Notes: generated by a model not told the origin, from the sequence alone. A stretch of 64,000 nt of DNA from Bacteroidetes bacterium ADurb.Bin217 (GCA_002069975.1 MWCJ01000006.1:6153-70152); one strand, 5' to 3'; positions 19,477-30,222 are shown, numbered from the stretch's first letter. Program-made: numbers and translations.

Positions 19477-20895
19477 ATGGTTCGTATCGTACTTTACATT
19501 TCGCTAATTTGCCTATTTAGTAGTTGTTCTGACAACTTTCTAGACAAACAACCGTCGTATGCAACACCTACAGACAAACTATTTGCATCGGCTCAAGGTA
19601 TTAAATCGGCTCTGAACGGCTGCTACAATCAATTACAAAGTCATTATTATTATGGTCGAAATTTTATTCTAATTCAAGAAACATATACCGATAATGCAAA
19701 ACTTTCAAATACAAATGTTGGTAATTTTTCTTCCTTTTATAATTGGAGTGTTACGTCTAACAATGAAGATATAAACCAATTATGGGCAATTTGTTATAAT
19801 ATAATTACAAACGTAAATGCAATTTTAGAAGCTAGCGAAACACATACAGAATTAAGTGAAAATGAAAGACAAACAATTCAAGGAGAAGCATATACTCTTC
19901 GTGCATTAGTATATTTTGACTTAATTCGCATGTTTGCACATGAGTACACAACTACTTCGGGCATTGATGGAGCAAACGGAAAAGGTGGTCATTTAGGTGT
20001 TCCTCTCATTACTCAAACTATTTCATTGGATAGTGCAAAAAGAATTAATCGTGCTACAGTTGCCACAGTTTTTTCTCAAATAATTTCAGATGCTCTCAAA
20101 GCTGATACGTTATTAATAAACCAAACTTTTTCACCGCTTCGTTGTAATCAAAAAACAGCTCAATCAATTGCTGCTATGATTTATCTTACAATAAAAGACT
20201 ATAATAAAGCTATAGAATATGCAAATAAAGCGTTAGAAACCATCTCATTAGAACCATCTTCTTCATATGTAACTTCGTGGCAAGAAAAATATTCTTCCGA
20301 AAGTATTTTCTCTGTAAGCATTACCGAAACAGACAACCCCGGAACAAACAGTATTGGACATATGCTTTCGCCCAAAGGTTATGGTGGCATAGTTCCAAGT
20401 GCAGATTTATTAAATCTATATTCCAACCAAGATATTCGTTCTCAATTTATTGAAAAAAATCAAGAAGATTTTTTCATTAAATATCCGGGACAAAACAATG
20501 TGTTGGGGATAGATAATATTCCGATAATTCGTGCTTCGGAATTGTATTTCATAATAGCCGAATCCTATGCAAACAAAGGAAAAACAGTAGCCGGTTTTTA
20601 CCCCCTTGCACAGCAAGCTTTAGAAGCAATTGTACATAGAGCAAATAATTCTGCAGAACCGATTACTCTTATCGGAGATGAATTAATAAGTAAAATTCAC
20701 GAAGAATATAGAAAAGAATTTGCTTTTGAAGGGAAACGTTTTTTTCAATTAAAACGAATGCACGCAGATATTTCTCGTACTAACTGTATATCTTCTCAAT
20801 GTAATCTTATTTACGGGAATTCAAAATTTACATTTCCAATACCATATACAGATATCCAAACGAATAAAAATATACTTCAAAATCCTGGATACTAA
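19477..20895 (+). CDS. SusD/RagB-family outer-membrane nutrient-binding lipoprotein (no adjacent SusC)
   Basis: 472 aa. Lipoprotein signal LFSSCSDNFLDKQP. SusD landmarks LWAICYNIITNVNAILEA, GEAYTLRALVYFDLIRMFA and EFAFEGKRFFQLKRM. Confidence 0.85.
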   Translation: MVRIVLYISLICLFSSCSDNFLDKQPSYATPTDKLFASAQGIKSALNGCYNQLQSHYYYGRNFILIQETYTDNAKLSNTNVGNFSSFYNWSVTSNNEDINQLWAICYNIITNVNAILEASETHTELSENERQTIQGEAYTLRALVYFDLIRMFAHEYTTTSGIDGANGKGGHLGVPLITQTISLDSAKRINRATVATVFSQIISDALKADTLLINQTFSPLRCNQKTAQSIAAMIYLTIKDYNKAIEYANKALETISLEPSSSYVTSWQEKYSSESIFSVSITETDNPGTNSIGHMLSPKGYGGIVPSADLLNLYSNQDIRSQFIEKNQEDFFIKYPGQNNVLGIDNIPIIRASELYFIIAESYANKGKTVAGFYPLAQQALEAIVHRANNSAEPITLIGDELISKIHEEYRKEFAFEGKRFFQLKRMHADISRTNCISSQCNLIYGNSKFTFPIPYTDIQTNKNILQNPGY

Positions 20896-21680
20896 TGAAA
20901 TATATAACCGTTATAGTAATTGCCATTCTTGCATTTCTTTACTCATGTAACGAAAATGAGTTTATAAACTCACACATTGATAAAACCTATGCAGAGTTTC
21001 CTACAAACACATATTCTCAAACCATTTCATATACCGAGCAATCGCCCTATTCACTATCCATTCCATATCAAATATTTGGAAATTCTCTTGCAAAAAACGA
21101 TACTCTTATCGTAAGAATTACTTCTAATTATTTTACAAAAAATTCAGAGTATTGGTACGATTCAGTACGAATTATCACCCCACAAACCATCTTTGACACA
21201 GTACGTATCTCTATTAAATCAAACAAAATATGGGAAGGAGGCACATTTTCACTTCAATGCACGTTAGTATCTAAAAATAAATTAATTACGGTATCAAAAA
21301 ATGCTCATTCGTGTACATTATATTTCACACGAGAATCATTTATTAATTATTTTACGGGCGCATATTCTTGTTTTGAAACTTCAACAAATGCCACATACAA
21401 TGTTTCGTTTATTCGTATAAACAACGACAGCACTTTGTATAATACAAATTTTTGGGATTTTCCCCTTACCGGGCAACAATTACCATATGTATTTAGAAAA
21501 GATGCTGAACAATCAATAGAAATACCTGAAAGCGAGTGGACAGATAAATTAGGAAAAAAATATACCGTTTCGGGCACCGGAACTTACACACTCAACGGCA
21601 CGTTCCAAGTATCTTTTGAAATGGAAAATGAACAAGGAATTGTTGAACATTCGGGGAAACATTATTTTACAAAAAAATAA
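20895..21680 (+). CDS. Hypothetical lipoprotein encoded immediately after the SusD-like gene
   Basis: 261 aa. Lipobox AFLYSCNENE. Its ATG overlaps the SusD stop (ATGA). I recognise no family motif. Confidence 0.6.
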   Translation: MKYITVIVIAILAFLYSCNENEFINSHIDKTYAEFPTNTYSQTISYTEQSPYSLSIPYQIFGNSLAKNDTLIVRITSNYFTKNSEYWYDSVRIITPQTIFDTVRISIKSNKIWEGGTFSLQCTLVSKNKLITVSKNAHSCTLYFTRESFINYFTGAYSCFETSTNATYNVSFIRINNDSTLYNTNFWDFPLTGQQLPYVFRKDAEQSIEIPESEWTDKLGKKYTVSGTGTYTLNGTFQVSFEMENEQGIVEHSGKHYFTKK

Positions 21681-21699
21681 TAACTCAAATATAAACAAC

Positions 21700-24069
21700 T
21701 CACTGTTTTATTAATAATTCTTTATAAACAACTCCATCTGAATCGGTTATGAACACCAAATAACTACCAGATTCTAAATGTAAAATATCAATAACACCAT
21801 TACTATACGGTACAATGATATAATTTCCATGCAAATTATATAAAGAAATTGATGCTATTCGAGAAAAATTTGCAATATATACATAATCCTTACTCGGATT
21901 TGGATATAAAAAATATGATTCAATTGTTGGGCTTGCTTGTGAAAGAGATATACGTTCCTGAATTTTAAGATTATCTATACACCATCCCCAACCGGTTACT
22001 ATAAAATCAGACTGCAAACGGAATCTGATAGATATTGTATCGCCAGTTCTAAAATATTTGTTTTCTAATAAATTTATAGTACGTTTTCTAAACAACGATT
22101 CAGTTGGTACAGTTACACTATTTTTTTCATTATCTAAAGATTCATAAAAAGTAGATAACCAAAGAGATTGTGCTCGTGAATCATAACCTACTTTTCCTAG
22201 AGGTCTCCATTCATCCGTTTTTTTGTTTTTATTTGCTTCAACTATTACATAATCCCAAAACCCATATTCACCAAAAAGGACATTGGTAAGCGAAGGTTCT
22301 ACAAGAACAATCTCATCAAACTCCATGTATGCAGGATTTTCGGCAATTATTATAGGATTTTTTAGTTCTGCGATATATTGGAGATACGTTAAATCTTTAC
22401 CCGAAGCTTTGTAAGGATGTTCGGTATGCAACGCTTTATTTGTAAAACCCGAAGGTTGGGTTATCGAAAATTTATCGAGATAGAGATACGAAGCAATTGA
22501 ATCATGATCAAAATCGGTTATAAAATAATGCAAAGGAGATTGTTTAGCCTCAAAAACTCCAAATACATAATTACCTTTAGGAACAATATAAGATGTGTTG
22601 GAATAATTATCAACAGCAACTATAGTATAAGCTAATACGTCGTTTTCTTGTATGTTCAAATTATTATATTCAAGTTCAATTGTATATAACCCAAAATTTT
22701 CCGCATTCATACGCTTTTTCCCCATAGTTATAATCTGAGCAAATTCATTCCTCCCAATAATATATTCAACATATACAGAATCAATAGAAAAATTATCAAG
22801 AACTGTTGAAACAAATTCTATAGGTGATTCATCTATAGTAATTACAGATATCTGTGTATGTTGTATTTCGGGAGATTGAGTATCCGCACCTACGTAAAAT
22901 TCAAATAAATTTGATGGATAATCTGAAGGATAAAACAAAGTGTCATTACTTTTTGTAACAATACGATATGCATAATTACAATTATGTTCAAAGGGAAATG
23001 CCGATAATTGAGCAGTATAGCACTCTTGCAACGCATCATAATCCATAGGCAATTCCATAAAATTTTTACCATTATCATAGGAATATAGTACCGTTTGACT
23101 TCCTTGAATAAATAAAGAATCAATACACGATACTTTAAACGTAGGCGTATATGCAATTACAGTTGAATTTTGAATTGGCAAATGCGATATATAATAATCT
23201 GACCAACCAATATCAGCTAAAATACCTTGAACTGCAGCTCCTAAGGTATGTAACCGCTCTCCTTTATTCAAAATATAGGTCATCAAACTATTTGTATCTC
23301 CTTTAGGAAATAAATTTTCGTTAAAATGATATATAGATGAACCAAAATCAAATTGATTTGGTGCAAATAATTCTGGCTTAAAACCCAAAAAAGCATTTGT
23401 ATAAGAACCTGACCAGTATAATGAATCAGATACTAATAAATTAGCTAATGAATCTTTCGAAATTTTTGATTGTGTATACAATAATGTAATAAGATTATTA
23501 GTACCATAGCTAATAAACATATCAAAAATGGTAGGCAATCCCACTAGTGAGGGTGTATCATTTTGCTTCATATAATTTCCACTCATTCCAAGTCCATGAA
23601 TACATTCATGCAATAGAACAGTGGCTAAATCATATTTACTATTATCTAAACTTGACTGATAATCAGCTTGCCAGGAAATTGCAGAATTTATAACTAGTTC
23701 AATATCTGTATTAGAAAAATTTAAATTTTTTGATAATATTTTCTCAGCTAATGAAATAGGATATAAAACATCATTATATGGTAAGCCAGGAACATTATAA
23801 ACCATTTCAGAAGGTTTTGCATATGCATGTACCGTAGATGATAATTGAGTCCATGTAACCGAAATATGAATTGGTACAGTTGTAAACACATACTCTTTCA
23901 ATTCTGATGTTACAAACTCTACGCACGATTGAACAGAATCTGGAACATTATTATATGAAATCACAAATTCTGTTTGCTTACTTTGTAATGTAAAATGAGG
24001 TTGTGAAAATAATGCATATGAAAATAATACACATATAATTAAAATTATATGTTTCAGTATTTTACACAT
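21700..24069 (-). CDS. Secreted putative zinc metalloprotease (HExxH) with a T9SS type-A C-terminal sorting domain
   Basis: 789 aa. Signal peptide, LLHECIHGLG motif, and C-terminal FLYPNPSKDYVYIANF...ISLYNLHGNYII...LESGSYLVFITDSDGVVYKELLIKQ. Confidence 0.75.
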   Translation of the reverse strand: MCKILKHIILIICVLFSYALFSQPHFTLQSKQTEFVISYNNVPDSVQSCVEFVTSELKEYVFTTVPIHISVTWTQLSSTVHAYAKPSEMVYNVPGLPYNDVLYPISLAEKILSKNLNFSNTDIELVINSAISWQADYQSSLDNSKYDLATVLLHECIHGLGMSGNYMKQNDTPSLVGLPTIFDMFISYGTNNLITLLYTQSKISKDSLANLLVSDSLYWSGSYTNAFLGFKPELFAPNQFDFGSSIYHFNENLFPKGDTNSLMTYILNKGERLHTLGAAVQGILADIGWSDYYISHLPIQNSTVIAYTPTFKVSCIDSLFIQGSQTVLYSYDNGKNFMELPMDYDALQECYTAQLSAFPFEHNCNYAYRIVTKSNDTLFYPSDYPSNLFEFYVGADTQSPEIQHTQISVITIDESPIEFVSTVLDNFSIDSVYVEYIIGRNEFAQIITMGKKRMNAENFGLYTIELEYNNLNIQENDVLAYTIVAVDNYSNTSYIVPKGNYVFGVFEAKQSPLHYFITDFDHDSIASYLYLDKFSITQPSGFTNKALHTEHPYKASGKDLTYLQYIAELKNPIIIAENPAYMEFDEIVLVEPSLTNVLFGEYGFWDYVIVEANKNKKTDEWRPLGKVGYDSRAQSLWLSTFYESLDNEKNSVTVPTESLFRKRTINLLENKYFRTGDTISIRFRLQSDFIVTGWGWCIDNLKIQERISLSQASPTIESYFLYPNPSKDYVYIANFSRIASISLYNLHGNYIIVPYSNGVIDILHLESGSYLVFITDSDGVVYKELLIKQ

Positions 24070-25141
24070 ACGAATCTCCTTTTTTAATTTTTATATCATT
24101 CACAAATTGACGGAGTTTTTGTTCATCAGCTTTTTTACATATTAATAAACTTGAGCCAGAATCTACAATTATGCAATCAGAAACACCATCAATAACAGCA
24201 ATTTTTTGAGGTGGTAAAGAAATCATACAATTGTTTGTATCATATACAAAAACATGTTTCCCAATAACAGCATTATTTTTTGAATCCTTTGAAACAGTAT
24301 CATATAAAGCACCCCACGTTCCTAAATCATTCCAACCAAAATCTGATTGAATCATATAAACATTATCGGATTTTTCCATAATACCATAATCAATAGAAAT
24401 ATTTGGACATTCAGAATATATGGTATCAAGAGTTTTTTTATGTTTTGTATTTAGAGCAACGTCATTAAACAATGTAAACACATCGGGCAAATAGGTTTCA
24501 AAAGCTTGCTCAATAGTTGGTAATGACCACATAAATATACCGGAATTCCAGAAAAAATCACCGGACTTCAAAAAAACTTTTGCCATTTCAAGTTCGGGCT
24601 TTTCAGTAAATGTCTTTACTTTATTTATAATATGTTTAGTATTATTAAATACTTTTCCTGTTTGAATATATCCATAACCAGTATCTGGACGAGAAGGTTT
24701 AATTCCAATTGTTAACAATATATTTTCTTTAGTTACTGTTTCCAATCCATGGGTAAGAATCGATATAAATGAATCCTGATTTAAGATTAAATGGTCAGAA
24801 GGGGTAACTATTATAGACGCTTTGGGATTACGCTTTTTAATTTCATAATTACCATATGCAATACATGGAGCTGTATTTCTTCGCATAGGCTCTTTCAAAA
24901 CTTGGGAAGGTTTTATTTCAGGTAATTGTTCTAATACTAATTTTTCATAGTTATGATTAGTAACAATATAAAAATTTTCTTTAGGACAAACATGTAACAT
25001 TCTTTCGAAAGTGAGTCTAAGTAATGATTTACCAACACCTAAAATATCCAAAAATTGTTTTGGGGTTTGCGAAGTACTTAAAGGCCAAAATCTTGCCCCT
25101 ACACCACCTGCCATTATTATACAATAATTATCTGAATTCAT
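24062..25141 (-). CDS. manC: Mannose-1-phosphate guanylyltransferase
   Basis: 359 aa. N-terminal IIMAGGVGARFWPLSTSQTPKQFLD nucleotidyltransferase signature. Confidence 0.88.
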   Translation of the reverse strand: MNSDNYCIIMAGGVGARFWPLSTSQTPKQFLDILGVGKSLLRLTFERMLHVCPKENFYIVTNHNYEKLVLEQLPEIKPSQVLKEPMRRNTAPCIAYGNYEIKKRNPKASIIVTPSDHLILNQDSFISILTHGLETVTKENILLTIGIKPSRPDTGYGYIQTGKVFNNTKHIINKVKTFTEKPELEMAKVFLKSGDFFWNSGIFMWSLPTIEQAFETYLPDVFTLFNDVALNTKHKKTLDTIYSECPNISIDYGIMEKSDNVYMIQSDFGWNDLGTWGALYDTVSKDSKNNAVIGKHVFVYDTNNCMISLPPQKIAVIDGVSDCIIVDSGSSLLICKKADEQKLRQFVNDIKIKKGDSYV

Positions 25142-25184
25142 ATGATTAAAGAAATTTTATGTAAAAATACGAACAAAAAAAAAA

Positions 25185-25202
25185 CCGAAAAACAATTTTC
25201 GG
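25185..25202 (-). terminator. Hairpin with flanking A10 and T6 runs between gldN and manC; terminator after gldN
   Basis: ccgaaaa / acaa / ttttcgg. The A-run at 25175-25184 gives a U-run on the minus strand. Confidence 0.55.
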
Positions 25203-25223
25203 GTTTTTTATATATAAAAAGTT

Positions 25224-26054
25224 TTAAAACTCCCACAAATCGTGTTCAAATTTAAATATAAAGTCTTTAATTCTTTCAGCTTCATATAATTGCTCTATAC
25301 CTAGTTTATACATATTTACTTCACGATCGTTATATGGATTTGTTTCACGTGATATAAAACTACTAAACATACGTTTTGTAAAAATATCATAAAATGTTTT
25401 TTGATCCCCATCAGATTTTGGGTTAAAAACTTCATTTTTAGCATATAACGGTTGAGCACTTGGATAATAAATTTTATACGCTAATGCCATACGAATCTCA
25501 CCATTTTTTTCATATTCACGTAATGAAGTTATCCACATTATTCTTGGTTCAAGAACAGAACGTTGTTTGTCAAAAATCCATTCTTCACGTAAAATAAGAA
25601 ACTTAATAGAACTAGGATCTACTTGCTTTTCAACTGGTTTATAGGTAACAGTACCATCTTCATTTTCGATTGGTATAGTATCAATCATAGCACCTAATTT
25701 AGAGTCAAAATCAGCCTCAGAAATAGGCACAGCTCCATCACTCATAGGATCATAGGCTTGGAAATAACCTAATTTAACACCAGATATAGTTAATGCTGTT
25801 AAACTGTATCTTGAACCAATTTTTCCAGTTTCATTGTTAGGAAAATACAATGGGTGATTTAACTTCTCACGCAATGGTAATGTTCGTTCAATTTTTTTTG
25901 ACCACATTACATCAGCATATCTGATAGTTTGCAGAATAATAGGTTTTTTATCTGCAATGTGTGGTTTATCATACGGACTATCAGGATATTCACTTTGAGC
26001 GAATATTGACAGACCTGCCAAAGCACTGATTAATACTAAAACAACTTTTTTCAT
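25224..26054 (-). CDS. gldN: Gliding motility / T9SS periplasmic ring protein GldN (PorN)
   Basis: 276 aa. Signal peptide. IRYADVMWSKKIERTLPLREKLNHPLYFP matches the conserved GldN N-terminal block. Last gene of the gldKLMN order. Confidence 0.9.
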   Translation of the reverse strand: MKKVVLVLISALAGLSIFAQSEYPDSPYDKPHIADKKPIILQTIRYADVMWSKKIERTLPLREKLNHPLYFPNNETGKIGSRYSLTALTISGVKLGYFQAYDPMSDGAVPISEADFDSKLGAMIDTIPIENEDGTVTYKPVEKQVDPSSIKFLILREEWIFDKQRSVLEPRIMWITSLREYEKNGEIRMALAYKIYYPSAQPLYAKNEVFNPKSDGDQKTFYDIFTKRMFSSFISRETNPYNDREVNMYKLGIEQLYEAERIKDFIFKFEHDLWEF

Positions 26055-26078
26055 AGATATGTGATTTAAATTTAGTTC

Positions 26079-27737
26079 TTAAATTATTTTGAATAATAAT
26101 ACTCCAAGACTACGTGGTCTATTATCAGGACCTCTTGCTTTAATATCCTCAAAATATACTTTATTACCTTTAGTAACTTTGGTAAATATATTTTGTTTCA
26201 TATTTTGAGTAATTCTATTATTTTGAGAAGCCTCTTCAACAAAATAAGCTCCAATTTTTGCACTTACTCTAAAAGATTCAACATTAAATTTTAAGTCAAA
26301 ATCAAAATCTTTCATTTTAGCATCAACTGTATTGGCAGCTTGCAATCTTTCTTTACCAACATCTCCACCTTCCATACCAAGAACCATAGCTACAGGATTT
26401 GGAACAGTTTTAATACGAAATTCAACAGAACCCATATTTTGTTTTTTTCCATTAAAATCAGCAGTAACGGCTATTTGACATTTTCCAGGTCTAGTAACTC
26501 TGACAACATATCCACCCTGTGAACTTTTAGAAATAGTACCAAAACCAGCAGGAGTTAATACAGCAGTAATTTTATCTGAGGGAACTCCTGGTACCGATAT
26601 AGAAACAGGATTATCTGGACCTATATAAAATACATTCATTTTATCAGGTGAAACAACCAAACTTGGTTTTGCAACTTGATATTCACTCTCAACAAAATAA
26701 GAATTATAATTATCGGAATTTGGTTGCTTGATTTTAATTTCTGCTTTATATTTTTGAGGACCTACTCCACCGCCAGTTGTTTTGTACGTTGGTAAATTTG
26801 TTTTAGGATCTAATTCTATTTGTCTTCCGTTTACTAATACTGTAGGAGGTGCTGTTGTATCAAATGCAGCTAAGAAAATCTGAGCATTATATTCATTTCC
26901 TTGCATTACATAAGTACTATTAGGCAATACAACAGGCACTAATTTATTAAATTTAAATGAAGTTGCATCTAATTGACCATACATTAAATTTAAAATATCA
27001 CCTTCAACATTACGAACAGCCGCTTGCATTTGTGTTAAAATTGTAACAACAGCCATCAAGGGTAAATGTTCAAAATTTCTGTTAGCCCATGATAACATTC
27101 CTGATTCGTGACCACTACCTTTTACCGGATCTGTATTAAATGTAGTTTTAATACCTTTAGCAAGAGGTGATAACGAATCAACTCCAAATTCAGAAATTAC
27201 TTGCAATGCCCATTTCTTATAATTATCAACATCAGCTTTTAAGAATTTCGCATGACCTTTATCTCCGCTTGGATCAGGCCCAACCATAATCTGAGCAGGT
27301 ACGTCAGTATTATCCTTATTATTTACTTTTTGTTCAAGCATTAAAGTATCTTTAGTATCTTCATCAACTATATAATACCTTAAATCATTTGGTAATTTGA
27401 ATAATTTTTCTTTAGGTATAGCATCAGCATATGCAATAATTGTATCTTTATAATATTGCATTCTACCAACCAAACTGTCTGATTTTCTTTTTAATAATTG
27501 ACAATAATCATAAACAGCTTTAACCTTTACTGGGTTAGCACTATACGCTTTAAAAATGGCATCATATGCAATTTGATTTTTACTAATAAAATTTGCATTT
27601 GTTTCATTCAATCTATTATTGATATTAATAAAAGCATCAAGAATATCTTTAGAAACGTTTAACGCAAGCATACAAGTTAGGAATAAATACATTATACCTA
27701 TCATCTTCTGCCTTGGGGTTTCTTTTCCGTGTCCCAT
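26079..27737 (-). CDS. gldM: Gliding motility / T9SS motor-associated protein GldM (PorM)
   Basis: 552 aa. N-terminus ETPRQKMIGIMYLFLTCMLALNVSKDILDAF is the hallmark GldM TM block. Confidence 0.93.
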   Translation of the reverse strand: MGHGKETPRQKMIGIMYLFLTCMLALNVSKDILDAFININNRLNETNANFISKNQIAYDAIFKAYSANPVKVKAVYDYCQLLKRKSDSLVGRMQYYKDTIIAYADAIPKEKLFKLPNDLRYYIVDEDTKDTLMLEQKVNNKDNTDVPAQIMVGPDPSGDKGHAKFLKADVDNYKKWALQVISEFGVDSLSPLAKGIKTTFNTDPVKGSGHESGMLSWANRNFEHLPLMAVVTILTQMQAAVRNVEGDILNLMYGQLDATSFKFNKLVPVVLPNSTYVMQGNEYNAQIFLAAFDTTAPPTVLVNGRQIELDPKTNLPTYKTTGGGVGPQKYKAEIKIKQPNSDNYNSYFVESEYQVAKPSLVVSPDKMNVFYIGPDNPVSISVPGVPSDKITAVLTPAGFGTISKSSQGGYVVRVTRPGKCQIAVTADFNGKKQNMGSVEFRIKTVPNPVAMVLGMEGGDVGKERLQAANTVDAKMKDFDFDLKFNVESFRVSAKIGAYFVEEASQNNRITQNMKQNIFTKVTKGNKVYFEDIKARGPDNRPRSLGVLLFKII

Positions 27738-27778
27738 CGTCTATTTCTAATTTAAAAAATAATGTAATAAAATAATAA

Positions 27779-28759
27779 TTATTTAATACTCATTGCCGAC
27801 AACATATTACCATAAACGGTATTTAATGCAGCTAAATTTTGACTTAATCTAGAAATTTCAGTCTTGTATTTAGTAACATCTTCGGCGGTTGACTGTAAAT
27901 CACTCATAATAGAATTTATTCCATGAGTAATTTTCTCAGTAGCTTCTAAATTAGTGCTAGAATTTTTTAATTGTAATTCATATACAGCATTTAATGCAGA
28001 TAAATTTTTCGTTAAAGCTTCTTGTTGAACAGCTTGCACTTTACTACTTTCACCTATTGAAGAAAAATTAGCATTTAACCCCTCTAATAACTGCTGATAG
28101 CTTTTACCAGAAGTTTCTATAATTGAAGCCGTTTGTTGTGCAGATTGAGAAATTAATTCTGCAGAACGAGCACCTGAAGTTATAATTGATTGCGCTGTTT
28201 GTTTAGATGATTCAGCTATACTATCAACAGTTTGTGAAATTTTTGAAGCTGAAGAAGCAAAAGCACCAGCTAAATTATCGGCAGAACCAGCAGCCTTATT
28301 TATGTTTGATACATAAGACTCTGTAGCAACTGAAGCATTTGAAATGTTAGACATGCTAACAACATTAGTATTTAATGCATCTAAATTTGAACCTAATTTT
28401 TCAAATAACTCAGGACCAAGTTTTCCTTTTTCTAACAATTCATCAAATTTTTGCAATGCAGTACCATCTTGTTGTGATGCACCTCCCTTTTTAATATTAA
28501 CATTTTCCTCAATCTCATCAAGACCGGCTAATTCCGGATATACCAAAGTCCAATCTAATTCTTCGTGTAATGGCTCGAAAGCAGAGAAGAAAAATATTAA
28601 CGCCTCTGTTAAAAGACCAATAATAAGCATTATACTTGCACCCGGATAGTGTTGAATTTTAAAAAGTGCTCCAACAAGCACAATTGATGCACCAAATCCA
28701 TACACTTTGGCCATAAATTTTTTATAACCATCGCTTTCTACTAATTCTGCAATACTCAT
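27779..28759 (-). CDS. gldL: Gliding motility / T9SS motor protein GldL (PorL)
   Basis: 326 aa. Two N-terminal TM helices (YGFGASIVLVGALFKIQHYPGA, IIGLLTEALIFFFSAFEP, with the conserved Glu) and a long helical cytoplasmic tail. Confidence 0.92.
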   Translation of the reverse strand: MSIAELVESDGYKKFMAKVYGFGASIVLVGALFKIQHYPGASIMLIIGLLTEALIFFFSAFEPLHEELDWTLVYPELAGLDEIEENVNIKKGGASQQDGTALQKFDELLEKGKLGPELFEKLGSNLDALNTNVVSMSNISNASVATESYVSNINKAAGSADNLAGAFASSASKISQTVDSIAESSKQTAQSIITSGARSAELISQSAQQTASIIETSGKSYQQLLEGLNANFSSIGESSKVQAVQQEALTKNLSALNAVYELQLKNSSTNLEATEKITHGINSIMSDLQSTAEDVTKYKTEISRLSQNLAALNTVYGNMLSAMSIK

Positions 28760-28815
28760 ATTTTAAAACAATTAAACTATTTATACTATATATTTTATTT
28801 TATTAAACATTCTTT

Positions 28816-30222
28816 TTAATATACTTGTGAATCACCTTGTTGTCCATCAGATCCAAAGTTACGCCCTAAATATGTTTGTACACATCTAAATCCAATATAA
28901 CTTTTTGCAGAATCTTGATATTCATATGCACGTGTACCATTTTGCAAATAATAAGCTATATCTTTCCATGAACCACCACGAACAACTTTGCGTTTTAAAA
29001 CAATTGGATCATCATCTAATGCTGAATAATAATTTTGAGTATTATTATCATGTGTAAAAGAATATGATGATTCATCAAATGCTGTTTGTGTCCATTCTGA
29101 AACGTTTCCTGCCATATCATATAATCCCCATTCATTTGGTTCATAATGAGCAACAATTACAGTATGAATACCACCGTCATCTGTATAATTACCACGCATA
29201 GGTTTAAAGTTAGCTATAAAACAACCTAAGTAGTTACGTGTATAGTTACCTCCCCATGGATATGGTGAAGAAGCTAAACCTCCACGAGCAGCATATTCCC
29301 ATTCTGTTTCGGTTGGTAATCGATAATCATTTACAATAACTCTTCCCATACTACGTAAATATCCATTTTTCATTTGAGTTCTCCAAACACTAAAAGCAAC
29401 AGCTTGTTTCCATGATACACCAACTAATGGATAGTGATCATAAGCCGGATGCCAGAAATACATAGCACTCATCGGATCGTTATATGAATATGTAAAGTCA
29501 CTTACCCAACATAATGTATCAGGATACACATTTATTTCTTCTTTTATAATATATGATGATCTATCTTTAATAGCAACTCGAGATCCATCAGCTTTTAATA
29601 CTTCACCTTCATATTTTCCGGTTTTATAATTATAAGCACGATTTTCTTTTCCGCCTATTTTATTTTTACGAGCAGCTTGTTTAAAATCCATCCAATAAAA
29701 TGTATAATTTAATTGACGAACATCAAGTTCTTTTTTCTTATAAAAACGTTCATCTCCTTGTAAATACATATCTGCAAGATATTCTCGATTCTCAGTTTCA
29801 TCCCAATCAATTGGTTTTGACCAATCTATATACTGATCTTCTTCAGGAATATCCTCACCGTATGTATTTGTTGCTACGTATAAATCTTCTTTACCTCCGT
29901 CATCCCGCAATTTAACGTAAGCTAAAGAGTCTTTTACCCACTCAACAAATTGACGATACTCGTTATTTGTAATTTCTGTTTCATCCATCCAAAAAGCTTG
30001 TAATGAAACTGTTCTGTTTTGAGCTGTTTGAGCCCATGGAACATCTTGATCACTCGGACCAAGATTCAAACTACCTAATGGAATATATAACATTCCAAAA
30101 GGAACCTCAGCTTCCCATGCCGGACGAATTTTCGACCCGGTAAGCTCTCCTGTTTGATACTCGGAGCAACTGCTTAACAAGAGAATGACTGAACTAAAGA
30201 ACAATAGTTTTTTCATATGCAC
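28816..30222 (-). CDS. gldK: Gliding motility / T9SS outer-membrane-associated lipoprotein GldK (PorK), FGE-sulfatase fold
   Basis: 468 aa. Lipobox LLSSCSEY. SUMF1-like blocks (EITNNEYRQFV, LPTETEWEYAARGG, NEWGLYDMAGNVSEW, RGGSW). Confidence 0.93.
   Translation of the reverse strand: MHMKKLLFFSSVILLLSSCSEYQTGELTGSKIRPAWEAEVPFGMLYIPLGSLNLGPSDQDVPWAQTAQNRTVSLQAFWMDETEITNNEYRQFVEWVKDSLAYVKLRDDGGKEDLYVATNTYGEDIPEEDQYIDWSKPIDWDETENREYLADMYLQGDERFYKKKELDVRQLNYTFYWMDFKQAARKNKIGGKENRAYNYKTGKYEGEVLKADGSRVAIKDRSSYIIKEEINVYPDTLCWVSDFTYSYNDPMSAMYFWHPAYDHYPLVGVSWKQAVAFSVWRTQMKNGYLRSMGRVIVNDYRLPTETEWEYAARGGLASSPYPWGGNYTRNYLGCFIANFKPMRGNYTDDGGIHTVIVAHYEPNEWGLYDMAGNVSEWTQTAFDESSYSFTHDNNTQNYYSALDDDPIVLKRKVVRGGSWKDIAYYLQNGTRAYEYQDSAKSYIGFRCVQTYLGRNFGSDGQQGDSQVY

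Noticed and set aside
19477-24069. Reading the SusD-like gene, the lipoprotein gene and the protease gene as a polysaccharide or peptide utilisation locus.
   Set aside because: There is no SusC/TonB-dependent transporter and no regulator. The protease is convergent and co-transcribed with manC instead. The evidence is insufficient to call a PUL.
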